Notes under the pieces: generated by a model
Databases searched by the model: none
Seen by the model: only the letters and a program-made list of their open reading frames with translations
What the model was told of the DNA's origin: nothing
From: Syntrophorhabdaceae bacterium
GTDB lineage: Bacteria; Desulfobacterota; Syntrophorhabdia; Syntrophorhabdales; Syntrophorhabdaceae
Direction: 5' to 3'
Assembly (NCBI GenBank): GCA_963665295.1
Contig: OY762209.1
Coordinates: 2,176,001 to 2,240,000, forward strand
DNA length: 64,000 nt
Shown here: positions 36,817 to 45,674 of the stretch, in pieces
Layout: each line of letters starts with the position of its first letter
How positions within the stretch are numbered: position 1 is the stretch's first letter
Made by a program: the position numbers and the translations under genes

Positions 36817-38007
36817 ATGAGGATCGTCTGTGTCCACATCCCCCATTTCCACGTGCAGGTCGAGAGGCTGAAGCGCCGCAATCTCGAGGGGCGCCCGGTC
36901 ATCGTGGGCGGCCGTCCCGACGAGCGGGCGCCCGTGATCGACTGCTCGGAGGAGGCCGCGGAAAGGGGCGTCCGGCCGTCGCTTACGCTCAAGGAGGCAT
37001 ACCACCTCTGTCCGGACGCGGTCTTTGTCCGGTTTGAAGAGGGAGAGGGTACGGCTCTCTGGGAGGAGATCGCTTCAATGCTCCAGTCTTTCAGCGTGAG
37101 GATCGATGCGCCCGATCCGGGCGTCGCCTATCTCGATATTACGAAAGCCCTGAACGTATATGGAGATGAAAGTGCTCTCGCCGCCCGCATCGTGAGGGGG
37201 ATAGAGGAGCTTTCACACCTGGAGGCAAGGGCGGGCATCGGCAATTCCCGTTTTGTCGCGCGCATGGCCGTCCCCATGACAAAGGAGCGTGTCCACGTGA
37301 TCCCTCCCGGCACGGAGAAGCGGTTTGTCTCATCCCTCCCGGTGGAGACCCTCCCGGTGGAAAGAGAGATCAAGGAGAGGCTTACCCTCCTGGGGCTTCA
37401 CAACCTGGGGAAGATCGCCCCCCTTTCCGTGGAATCTCTCATCGCCCAGTTCGGCCGCCCGGGCAAACTGATCTCGGAGCTCTCGAAGGGGGCCGGGGAG
37501 GGCCGCCCCATCCCGAGAATGGAGAACAGCGTCTACCCTGAAAGAGAAGTGATATGCGAGGCCCCCATAGAGGTCATGGGATATCTCGGAGTTTTCCTGG
37601 GCGGGGCCGTGGCGGAGATCGCGGAGGAGCTTGCGGGGATGAGGAGGCTCTGCCGTGCCATAAAGCTTATTCTGTACCTCCGAAACGGAAGCGTTCTGGA
37701 GAGGCAATGGATTATGCACGCCCCGACGGCCTCCGGGGAAGAGATGACCCGGAGGATCATGGACGGGCTCGCGGCAGTCGCGATAGAGAGTCCCATAACG
37801 GGTTTCAGGGTTAATGTCCGCGCCCTTTCCCGGCGGGAACCCATCCCCGACACGCTCTTCAAGGCGAAGCCGCATATCGGCGAGAGTCTCAAAAGCGTAA
37901 AGGACTACCTGAAAACCAAGTATGGCACCCTCCCCCTGGTAAAAGTAGAGGAGAGGGACCCCATGGCGCGGCTCCCCGAAAGAAGGTTTGTATTCGTTGA
38001 ACCATGA
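36817..38007 (+). CDS. imuB: ImuB-like catalytically inactive Y-family polymerase
   Basis: Y-family fold start RIVCVHIPHFHVQVE lacks the catalytic Asp; ARAGIGNSRFVARMA; upstream of dnaE2. Confidence 0.8.
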   Translation: MRIVCVHIPHFHVQVERLKRRNLEGRPVIVGGRPDERAPVIDCSEEAAERGVRPSLTLKEAYHLCPDAVFVRFEEGEGTALWEEIASMLQSFSVRIDAPDPGVAYLDITKALNVYGDESALAARIVRGIEELSHLEARAGIGNSRFVARMAVPMTKERVHVIPPGTEKRFVSSLPVETLPVEREIKERLTLLGLHNLGKIAPLSVESLIAQFGRPGKLISELSKGAGEGRPIPRMENSVYPEREVICEAPIEVMGYLGVFLGGAVAEIAEELAGMRRLCRAIKLILYLRNGSVLERQWIMHAPTASGEEMTRRIMDGLAAVAIESPITGFRVNVRALSRREPIPDTLFKAKPHIGESLKSVKDYLKTKYGTLPLVKVEERDPMARLPERRFVFVEP

Positions 38008-38267
38008 AGAGCGCTCTCCATAATTCCCCCTACAAACCGGAGGCAATAGAAGTGACGGAAAGATCGGGAAAACTCACGGCGATAAGGACCGTAAAAAGGA
38101 CCTTCATCATCGTCCGCATACTTAATATGTGGCGTATAGACGAAGATTGGTGGCGGACGCCTGTCTCAAGGCTCTATTACTCCCTGGAGTTAGACACGGG
38201 AAACCGCATGACCGTCTTTCGTGACATAATAAGCGGTCGTTGGTACAAACAGAATTATGGAGGGTAG
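38004..38267 (+). CDS. Small protein of mutagenesis cassettes (DUF6504-like)
   Basis: WRIDEDWWR..VSRLYY...TVFRD....RWY; overlaps both imuB and dnaE2. Confidence 0.75.
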   Translation: MKSALHNSPYKPEAIEVTERSGKLTAIRTVKRTFIIVRILNMWRIDEDWWRTPVSRLYYSLELDTGNRMTVFRDIISGRWYKQNYGG

Positions 38268-41200
38268 TGGAACCCTTTCCCGGTTTACAATGATGGAGAC
38301 AAATCATAACTGCGGACCATATGCGGAGCTTCACTGCCATTCCAATTTTTCGCTCCTCGACGGCGCAACACACCCGGAAGAGCTTGTGGCGAAGGCGGCT
38401 CAAATGGGGATGGCCGCCCTTGCCATTACGGACCATGACGGGCTCTACGCCGTATGCAGGTTTTATAAGGCGGCAAAAGACGCGGGCATCAAGCCCGTAA
38501 CGGGCGCGGAGATCACCCTTGAAGGCGGTCTCCATGTTGTCCTCCTCGTCGAAAACGGGACCGGTTATGTCAACCTGTCCCGGCTTATCACGAAGGCCCA
38601 GCTTTCCGGGGTCAAGGGGGAGCCTATCCTGCGTTTTGCCGACCTTGCAGACCATAGGGAAGGGCTTATCTGTCTCTCGGGGTGTGGCAAGGGGGAGGTT
38701 CCGGCCCTTCTCAGACAGGGAGAGGACGAAAAGGCATATGTCGCTGCGCAAAGATACCATTCCCTTTTCGGGGGCGCACATTTTTTCATCGAACTCGAAA
38801 ACCACCTCAACCCCGATGACGCGAAGCTCTGCGCGAAACTCAGCGCCATTGCGAAGAGGCTGGGAGCGGGCACGGTGGCGACGAATAACGTCCATTACGG
38901 GACGAGGGAGGGTTCCAGGCTTCACGATGTCCTCGTGTGCATCAAGAACAGGGTAACCCTCGATAACTCGACCGCCCTCCGGAGGGCCAACTCGGAATAC
39001 TTCCTCAAAGATTATAAAGCGATGGCCCGTCTCCCCGGACTTCCGGAGGACGCCGTCAGGCGGAGCATCGAGATTGCCGGGCGGTGTACCTTCGATCTCG
39101 ATTTCTCCTCCTACTCTTTCCCGGATTACCCCCTTCCAGAGGGGGAAGACACTGCGGGGTACCTGAAAAGGCTCTCCTTCGAGAAGGCCCGCGAGAGGTA
39201 CGGGGAGCTTACGGAAGCCATTCGGGAAAGGCTCCGACATGAACTCGACCTTATCGGGATGAAGGGGTTGCCGGGTTATTTCCTCATTGTCTGGGATATC
39301 ATGGAATATGCCCGGAGAATGGGCATCCTTGCCCAGGGCAGGGGCTCCGCGGCAAGCTCCGTTGTGGCCTACGTCCTTGGGATCACGCCTGTGGACCCCA
39401 TAAAGCACCAGCTCTTCGTGGGCAGGTTCCTCAACGAGTCGGCGGTCCCCGATATCGATATAGACATCTCAACCCACAGGAGGGAAGAGGTCATTCAATA
39501 TGTCTATGAAAAATACGGCGCGGAGCATGCGGCGATGGTCTGCACCTATGTGACCTTCCAGTCGCGGAATGCGGTGAGAGAGGTGGGCAAGGTGCTGGGC
39601 CTCCCCACGCATGTACTCGATAGGATGGCGAAATCCGTTTCCTCATACGGAAGCCGTCACATGATCGGGGACCTTATGGAGGTGCCCGAATTCAAGGGAT
39701 ACCTCGATACGGAGGCATGGCGCCATTTCCAGGACCTCTGCACGAAGATAGCCGATTTTCCGCGCCACCTGTCCATTCACGTGGGAGGGATGATCATTAC
39801 CTCAAAACCTGTTTCCGAAATAGTGCCCCTCGAAAGGGCAAGGGCGGAAGGGCGGGTCGTCTGCCAGTGGGACAAGGATTCCGTGGACGACGCGGGGCTT
39901 GTCAAGGTGGACCTCCTCGGATTACGCATGCTCTCCATGATCGACGAGACAACGCAACTCATAAGAGAGCGTCACGGCATGGAGATGAGGTATGACCGGC
40001 TGCCCGCCGACGATCCCCGGGTATACGATCTGATCGGGGAGGCGGACACAGTAGGGGTATTCCAGGTGGAAAGCAGGGCACAGATGCAGACCTTGCCCAA
40101 GGTCAAGCCCCGCTCCATCGAGGACCTGGCTGTAGAGGTGGCCATTGTGAGGCCGGGCCCGCTCCAGGGGAACATGGTACATCCCTATATCAGGAGGAGA
40201 CAGGGCGCCGAGGAGGTGAACCACCTCCATCCCTGCCTTGCACCCATTCTTGACGAGACCCTCGGGGTCATCCTTTTCCAGGAGCAGATACTCCAGGTGG
40301 CCTGCGAGGTCGCGGGGTTTACCACGGGGGAGGCGAACAAGCTCCGGAAGGCGATGGGACGGAAGAACGCAAAAGAGGAACTCATGAAGTGGCACGGGCG
40401 GTTCATCGAAGGCGGCAGGGAGAGGGGGGTGGACGAGGAAACGGGGCAGAAGATATTCGACCATATATGCGGCTTTGCGGAGTTCGGTTTCTGCAAGAGC
40501 CATGCGGCGAGCTTTGCGATCCTCTGCTACGCCTCGGCCTTTTACAAAAGATACTACCCGGCGGAGTTCTTCTGCGCCCTCCTCAACAATCAGCCCATGG
40601 GTTTCTATATCCCCGAGGTCGTGACGGGAGACGCAAAACGGCACGGGGTGACCATGCTGCCCGTTGACATCAACAGGAGCTTCTGGAGTTGTTCTGTTGA
40701 AAGCGGGGGGATACGGATCGGGTTCAGGTATGTAAAGGAGATGGGGAAGGAGAAGGCGAGACCGGTCCTCGACAAAAGGGCAAAGGGCGGCCCGTATCTT
40801 TCTTTGGAAGATTTCTATGCGAGGACGGACCTCGACAGGGAATCGGTCCGGCATCTTATTGCCACAGGGGCCTTTGACGGGGTCGAACGGTCAAGGAGAC
40901 AACTCCTCTGGGACGCGGGCATCATGGTCGCTTCCGGAGCCCCTGCAATGGGTCTGAAATTACATGAAAGGATACCCCTCGACGAGATGACCCCCCGGGA
41001 GGAACTGGTTGCAGATTATATCATCCAGGGTTTTTCCGCATCGGGCCACCTGCTTGCACTGTTCCGGGAAGGATTGACCGCCCTTGGCGCCATCAAAAGT
41101 TCCGGCCTTGCCGGGCGCATTTCAGGGGACGCGGTGAAGATCGGGGGCTACTGCATATGTCTTCAGGTGCCGCCCACGGCAAAGGGTTTCGCCTTTCTGA

Positions 41201-41397
41201 CCTTTGAAGACGAGGAAGGGCTGGTAAATGTCATATTGAAACCGGACCAATACAAACGGTACAGACCGCTGGTCCGTCTCGAACCCTTGTTGCTTGTGGA
41301 CGGCATTGTTCAAAAGAAGGACGGCATCATAAATGTTATGGCAAAGAGGCTTATGGACCTCAGACGGGAAATTCCCCTGTCGGATATGCTCTCATAA
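38257..41397 (+). CDS. dnaE2: Error-prone DNA polymerase DnaE2/ImuC (start may be 38290)
   Basis: PHP domain YAELHCHSNFSLLDGA; GRGSAA; PDIDID; FPRHLSIHVGG; FGFCKSHA; LLNNQPMGFY; OB fold. Confidence 0.93.
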   Translation: MEGSGTLSRFTMMETNHNCGPYAELHCHSNFSLLDGATHPEELVAKAAQMGMAALAITDHDGLYAVCRFYKAAKDAGIKPVTGAEITLEGGLHVVLLVENGTGYVNLSRLITKAQLSGVKGEPILRFADLADHREGLICLSGCGKGEVPALLRQGEDEKAYVAAQRYHSLFGGAHFFIELENHLNPDDAKLCAKLSAIAKRLGAGTVATNNVHYGTREGSRLHDVLVCIKNRVTLDNSTALRRANSEYFLKDYKAMARLPGLPEDAVRRSIEIAGRCTFDLDFSSYSFPDYPLPEGEDTAGYLKRLSFEKARERYGELTEAIRERLRHELDLIGMKGLPGYFLIVWDIMEYARRMGILAQGRGSAASSVVAYVLGITPVDPIKHQLFVGRFLNESAVPDIDIDISTHRREEVIQYVYEKYGAEHAAMVCTYVTFQSRNAVREVGKVLGLPTHVLDRMAKSVSSYGSRHMIGDLMEVPEFKGYLDTEAWRHFQDLCTKIADFPRHLSIHVGGMIITSKPVSEIVPLERARAEGRVVCQWDKDSVDDAGLVKVDLLGLRMLSMIDETTQLIRERHGMEMRYDRLPADDPRVYDLIGEADTVGVFQVESRAQMQTLPKVKPRSIEDLAVEVAIVRPGPLQGNMVHPYIRRRQGAEEVNHLHPCLAPILDETLGVILFQEQILQVACEVAGFTTGEANKLRKAMGRKNAKEELMKWHGRFIEGGRERGVDEETGQKIFDHICGFAEFGFCKSHAASFAILCYASAFYKRYYPAEFFCALLNNQPMGFYIPEVVTGDAKRHGVTMLPVDINRSFWSCSVESGGIRIGFRYVKEMGKEKARPVLDKRAKGGPYLSLEDFYARTDLDRESVRHLIATGAFDGVERSRRQLLWDAGIMVASGAPAMGLKLHERIPLDEMTPREELVADYIIQGFSASGHLLALFREGLTALGAIKSSGLAGRISGDAVKIGGYCICLQVPPTAKGFAFLTFEDEEGLVNVILKPDQYKRYRPLVRLEPLLLVDGIVQKKDGIINVMAKRLMDLRREIPLSDMLS

Positions 41398-41564
41398 GAT
41401 TACGCCCATGGGCCGCAGACCATGTCCGGGCCCGTATGTGAAATTTTTCATTTCTAAAATTGTCTTTACATAATTGAAACTATTTTAAATCCCTTCCTCC
41501 TTCATAAAAACCCCCGCCGTTCATAAGACACCGTAATAACAAGTAAAAGGTCCTGGACCACGTG

Positions 41565-41579
41565 CGGCACGATATTTGC
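41565..41579 (+). promoter_or_regulatory. Sigma54 promoter upstream of the TerC-family gene
   Basis: CGGCAC-GATAT-TTGC (-24/-12) with an AT-rich upstream region. Confidence 0.6.
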
Positions 41580-41638
41580 CTTACCTTATGCAGTATGTGT
41601 TGGGCGTTACGCCCTCACCATAGAGGAGGTGTCCTACC

Positions 41639-42361
41639 ATGGACCTTGGACAAATGTTTGGCGGCGCGTTCTTTTTCGGACTTCTCAATATCATCTTCAT
41701 CAACATCATCCTTTCCGGAGACAACGCGGTAGTCATCGCCATGGCAGTGAGATCCCTCCCGAAGAAGGAGAGACAGTGGGGCATCATACTGGGGACCGCC
41801 GGCGCGGTGATACTCAGGATAGGCCTCACCTTTGTGGCAGCCAAACTCCTGGAGGTCTCCTTCGTTAAGCTCGCGGGAGGACTCCTTATCCTTTGGATTG
41901 CCTTCAAACTCCTTATCCCTGAACCGGAAGGGGAGAATGTAAAGGAGGTACACGGTCTGCGCCAGGCCATTATCACCATACTTATGGCAGACCTCGTGAT
42001 GAGCCTCGACAACGTCCTCGGCGTCGCGGGAGCGGCAAACGGCAACCTCCTCCTCCTTTTGATCGGACTTGCCACGAGCATCCCCATAGTGGTATTTGCG
42101 AGCAACATCATAACGAGACTTATGGACCGGTTCCCCTCCATCGTCCTCCTCGGGGCCGCGGTATTGGGAAGGGTCGCAGGAGAGATGATCATGAGCGATC
42201 CCTGGATGGTCCGCTCCGTTTTTCACGGACACCCGAGTCGTGTCCTCGACTACGCGGTGCAACTCGTCCTCGCGGTGGGGGTCGTAGTGGCGGCGAAGGT
42301 GTGGGTGAAATGGCGTGTTGCGAAGGAAGAACGAGCCCCTGTGTTTACCAAAGGGCTGTGA
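41639..42361 (+). CDS. TerC/YjbE-family membrane protein
   Basis: LSGDNAVVIA and ADLVMSLDNVLGVAG. Confidence 0.92.
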   Translation: MDLGQMFGGAFFFGLLNIIFINIILSGDNAVVIAMAVRSLPKKERQWGIILGTAGAVILRIGLTFVAAKLLEVSFVKLAGGLLILWIAFKLLIPEPEGENVKEVHGLRQAIITILMADLVMSLDNVLGVAGAANGNLLLLLIGLATSIPIVVFASNIITRLMDRFPSIVLLGAAVLGRVAGEMIMSDPWMVRSVFHGHPSRVLDYAVQLVLAVGVVVAAKVWVKWRVAKEERAPVFTKGL

Positions 42362-42388
42362 CATAAACAATACTGCGGGAGGCCTTGA

Positions 42389-42850
42389 ATGAGAAGATCA
42401 CTAATTTGCCTCACATTGATCGGGTTGGTTATTCTGGGAGCGGTCCATTTGGCCGGGGCCGCGACACAACAGGATGCGAAAGAACTTGCGGAGAAGGCCG
42501 TCCAATACTGGGCGTCCCAGGGAAAGGAAAAGGCTATTGCCGAATTCAACAACCAGAAGGGTTCCTTCGTCAAGGGCGACCTCTATGTAGTTGTCCTTGA
42601 TTTCAATGGCCTTGTCCTCGCTCACGGAGGAAATCCCGTGCTTACCGGGATCAACCTTCTCCCTCAGAAAGACGCGACCAGCAACAAGCTGTTTGTAAAG
42701 GAACAGATCGAGATCGCAAAAACCAAGGGCAGCGGCTGGACCTCGTACACATGGACAAACCCTGTGACAAAGAAGGTACAGTTGAAAAAGTCCTGGGTCC
42801 AGAGGATTGAAAGCACCGATTCCTACGTGGTGTGCGGCGTGTTCCAATAA
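42389..42850 (+). CDS. Stand-alone periplasmic single-Cache domain protein
   Basis: Signal peptide; KGDLYVVV...LAHG; KGSGWTSYTWTNP; KKSWV. Confidence 0.85.
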   Translation: MRRSLICLTLIGLVILGAVHLAGAATQQDAKELAEKAVQYWASQGKEKAIAEFNNQKGSFVKGDLYVVVLDFNGLVLAHGGNPVLTGINLLPQKDATSNKLFVKEQIEIAKTKGSGWTSYTWTNPVTKKVQLKKSWVQRIESTDSYVVCGVFQ

Positions 42851-42898
42851 TAGATACGTAAATACCTACCTCCATAGCGCCCAACATAATACCATCCC

Positions 42899-42931
42899 GC
42901 CTCCCCGGATCCCCGACCGGTCCGGGGAGGC
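42899..42931. terminator. GC-rich hairpin after the Cache gene
   Basis: GCCTCCCCGGA...TCCGGGGAGGC; no clear U tract. Confidence 0.45.
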
Positions 42932-43017
42932 ACCCCCGAAAATAACAAACCTTCGCCGCCGGTTGTGAAATGAAGCACTATTTCCTTCTTTGACCGGATT
43001 GATGTATATTAAGGCAT

Positions 43018-43845
43018 ATGGACCACGGATTACCTGAAAACCGCCAGACCGCAGGGCGAAGAGGGGTCGCGTTCCTGACCGGCCTGTTCCTGATCCTTTT
43101 TCCCCTCCTCCTTCTCGCCGAACCGACGCGCTTCGCCGTGGTGACCGATACCCACGTCGGATCATCCGATTCGGTGTATCCCGCCTTTATCAGGATCATG
43201 GAAGACCGGAAGATAGAGGTCATCTTCCATACGGGAGACGCCATAGATACTCCCGGGAGCGTTCGCCAGTGGAAGAAGTTCCTCGAAATCACGGGACCGG
43301 GCAAAACGCTCTACCTTACGCCCGGGAACCACGACATTCACGGCCCCCGCTCATTCGCCGCGTACCTCAAGTTTTTCCCCAAGCCGTACTATTCCGTTTC
43401 CGACGGCGATACTCTTTTTGTCTTGCTGAATACGGAGCTTCCCGGAGAGGAGAGCAGGGTGACGGGTGACCAGTTCGAATGGCTTAAGGGGGAATTGGAA
43501 CGGCCCTTCCGTTATAAATTCGTCTTCCTCCATGAGCCCCTCTTTCCCCTCGTATCGGGCCACGCCCTTGACCGTCACAAAGAAGCAAGAGACCGGCTGC
43601 ACGGACTCCTTGTACGAAAGAAGGTCGATCTTGTCGTTTCCGGCCACGACCACCTCTATTTCCGGCGCGAGAGGGACGGCATTACCTATATCATCGGCGC
43701 GGCTGCCGGCGGGAATCTCAACCACTTCCCCAAGGATAGCGATTTCTTCCGTTACATCGTTGCCACCAGGAAGAACGGCGGCTACGAGTTTGTGGTGAAG
43801 GACCTTGGAGGGGGCACGAGAGATGAGTTCGTGGTGGAGCGATGA
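43018..43845 (+). CDS. Calcineurin-like metallophosphoesterase
   Basis: DTH, TGD, PGNHD, HEP and GHDH motifs. Confidence 0.92.
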   Translation: MDHGLPENRQTAGRRGVAFLTGLFLILFPLLLLAEPTRFAVVTDTHVGSSDSVYPAFIRIMEDRKIEVIFHTGDAIDTPGSVRQWKKFLEITGPGKTLYLTPGNHDIHGPRSFAAYLKFFPKPYYSVSDGDTLFVLLNTELPGEESRVTGDQFEWLKGELERPFRYKFVFLHEPLFPLVSGHALDRHKEARDRLHGLLVRKKVDLVVSGHDHLYFRRERDGITYIIGAAAGGNLNHFPKDSDFFRYIVATRKNGGYEFVVKDLGGGTRDEFVVER

Positions 43846-43877
43846 TTGTTTTGCCCGGATAGAAGGGGGTAACGCGG

Positions 43878-44228
43878 TCAGCGGGGACCGGGCGTGCCTG
43901 CTTTAAACCGTACCGTGTTGGAGAAGCTGCTTTTGTCGGGTTCAACGGAAACGAATCCTTTGACCGTGCAATGGCCTTTCTGCACCTCCTTCAGAAAAGA
44001 CTGTGAAATAACCCCGTCGGCTTTAATGACCACCTTTTCCTTCCCGAGATCGTAGGTAATGAGATTCCCCTCCACGGAAACCACCCGGCGAGCCTCCAGG
44101 GTGATGGTGGAACGGCTTTCCTTGGGAAAAGGCATTTCCGGCAGTCCTTCCTTGTAGCAGGTGTTGTTCCACGCAAATGAGGGGGACGCGAAAAGAAGGA
44201 TTGCTCCGAAAACGACAAAACGGTTCAT
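43878..44228 (-). CDS. Secreted hypothetical protein
   Basis: MNRFVVFGAILLFASPSFA signal peptide. Confidence 0.6.
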   Translation of the reverse strand: MNRFVVFGAILLFASPSFAWNNTCYKEGLPEMPFPKESRSTITLEARRVVSVEGNLITYDLGKEKVVIKADGVISQSFLKEVQKGHCTVKGFVSVEPDKSSFSNTVRFKAGTPGPR

Positions 44229-44268
44229 GGCATTATTATAGCACACAACGGGGTATGATTCCTGTTTT

Positions 44269-45570
44269 CTAAGGCATGAGTTTTGCGCGCACGAGCCGGA
44301 TCACACGCTCCAGGTCTTCGTCCCGGGCCAGGGAAACGTCGATCCTCTTGTCTCTTGCGAAGGGCTGAAGGGCGCGGACCAGGTCTTCCGAAAGGCGTCC
44401 GTACTGGCCCATGAAGGCTTGAAGCCTGGAATTGAGGCTGAATATGAGCTTCTCTCTTTTGGGGAGAAAGAGGTATCCGTTTACGGCCTCGAGGAGCCTC
44501 ATGCGGTCCTCGGGCAGATTCCCGAAGAGATCGAGGAGGTTGGACGCGCTGTCGCTCAGGATCTCCGTGGGGACGTCTATCTCTTCGATCAGTATCTTGA
44601 GTTCCCTTACCACCTGCTCTTCGTCGCATATCACGAAAGAGCCCTTCTTCACCGCATCTTCGAGGGGTGTGCCGGGGAATACCTCGAGGGTCCTGAGGCG
44701 TATGAAATCGGGACGGATCGCGTTTATGACCTCCGCGGTCTCGTGGGCGTGTTCTTCGGAAAGGGCCTTGCCTCCGAGGCCGGGCATGACGTATATGGAG
44801 CAGGAGAGCCCCGCCTCTTTTGTCTTCAGACATCCTTCGATATGGTCCGCCCTTGTGGCGCCCTTGGCAATGAGGTCGAGGACGCGGTCGCTCCCGGTTT
44901 CGAGCCCGAAATGGACCCGGTGAAGACCCGCCTCGCGAAAGGCCCTCAGTTCCTCCAGGGACCTGAGCCGCGCCGCGGAGCTGGTCCTCCCGTAGATGGT
45001 GAAGCGTCTGAGAGTGGGGAAATTGAGCCGTACCCGCTCGATCACGGGAGCAAGGAAATCGCGCTTCATGATAAGGCCGTCCGAATCGCCGAGGAAACAG
45101 GTCTCGCCTCCTGCCATGCGCCAGGTAAGGATATGACCCACACTGTCTTCTATAGTCGGTTTCTCTTTGAACCAGGAATGGAACCAGGCGAGCCTCTCGT
45201 CGGCATCCGGCGGCTTCACGGTCTCCGCGTCTTGCCCTTCATTCATCGGGTGACCGGCCGCCCTCTTTGCCGCGTATATCTGTTCCACGATGTACCGGAC
45301 CCGGCCGTAGTCGTTTTCGGAGTAATCGGGCATGCCGATACCCCGCTCCGATATGAGGTCGTCGATTCTTTTGGCGCGCCGGATATCTTCCAAGACTTCC
45401 TGGAGGGTCCTCTTCGAAAACCGGACGCCGTATTTGTATACGGGGCAGAAGGCGCACTTGTTCCAGTAACAGTTTCTTGTCAGTCTGAAGGTGAGGCTGT
45501 AGTTCTCCGTGGGAGGCCTTATGGAACATATTTCAAATGGCTCGATCTCGAGAAAATCCACGGTGGACAC
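44269..45570 (-). CDS. Radical SAM protein
   Basis: IRPPTE, CYWNKCAFC, GLETGS, MPGLGG. Confidence 0.9.
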   Translation of the reverse strand: MSTVDFLEIEPFEICSIRPPTENYSLTFRLTRNCYWNKCAFCPVYKYGVRFSKRTLQEVLEDIRRAKRIDDLISERGIGMPDYSENDYGRVRYIVEQIYAAKRAAGHPMNEGQDAETVKPPDADERLAWFHSWFKEKPTIEDSVGHILTWRMAGGETCFLGDSDGLIMKRDFLAPVIERVRLNFPTLRRFTIYGRTSSAARLRSLEELRAFREAGLHRVHFGLETGSDRVLDLIAKGATRADHIEGCLKTKEAGLSCSIYVMPGLGGKALSEEHAHETAEVINAIRPDFIRLRTLEVFPGTPLEDAVKKGSFVICDEEQVVRELKILIEEIDVPTEILSDSASNLLDLFGNLPEDRMRLLEAVNGYLFLPKREKLIFSLNSRLQAFMGQYGRLSEDLVRALQPFARDKRIDVSLARDEDLERVIRLVRAKLMP

Positions 45571-45674
45571 GTCTATTTTATACCCGGTAAGGAGAATATT
45601 TTCAAGGGTTAACTCCTGGAGCCGGTGCGTCGCGAAGTCCGGGCGTCCCTCGAGCCGTTACCCTGCCCGAGGCG

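Noticed and set aside
36817..38007. Active DinB/Pol IV
   Set aside because: Catalytic acidic residues of the DMDxF and SIDE motifs are replaced (HIPHF; PDPG)
41520..41638. yybP-ykoY manganese riboswitch before the TerC gene
   Set aside because: The conserved GGGGAGUA and GAGACC elements are not seen; a sigma54 motif fits better
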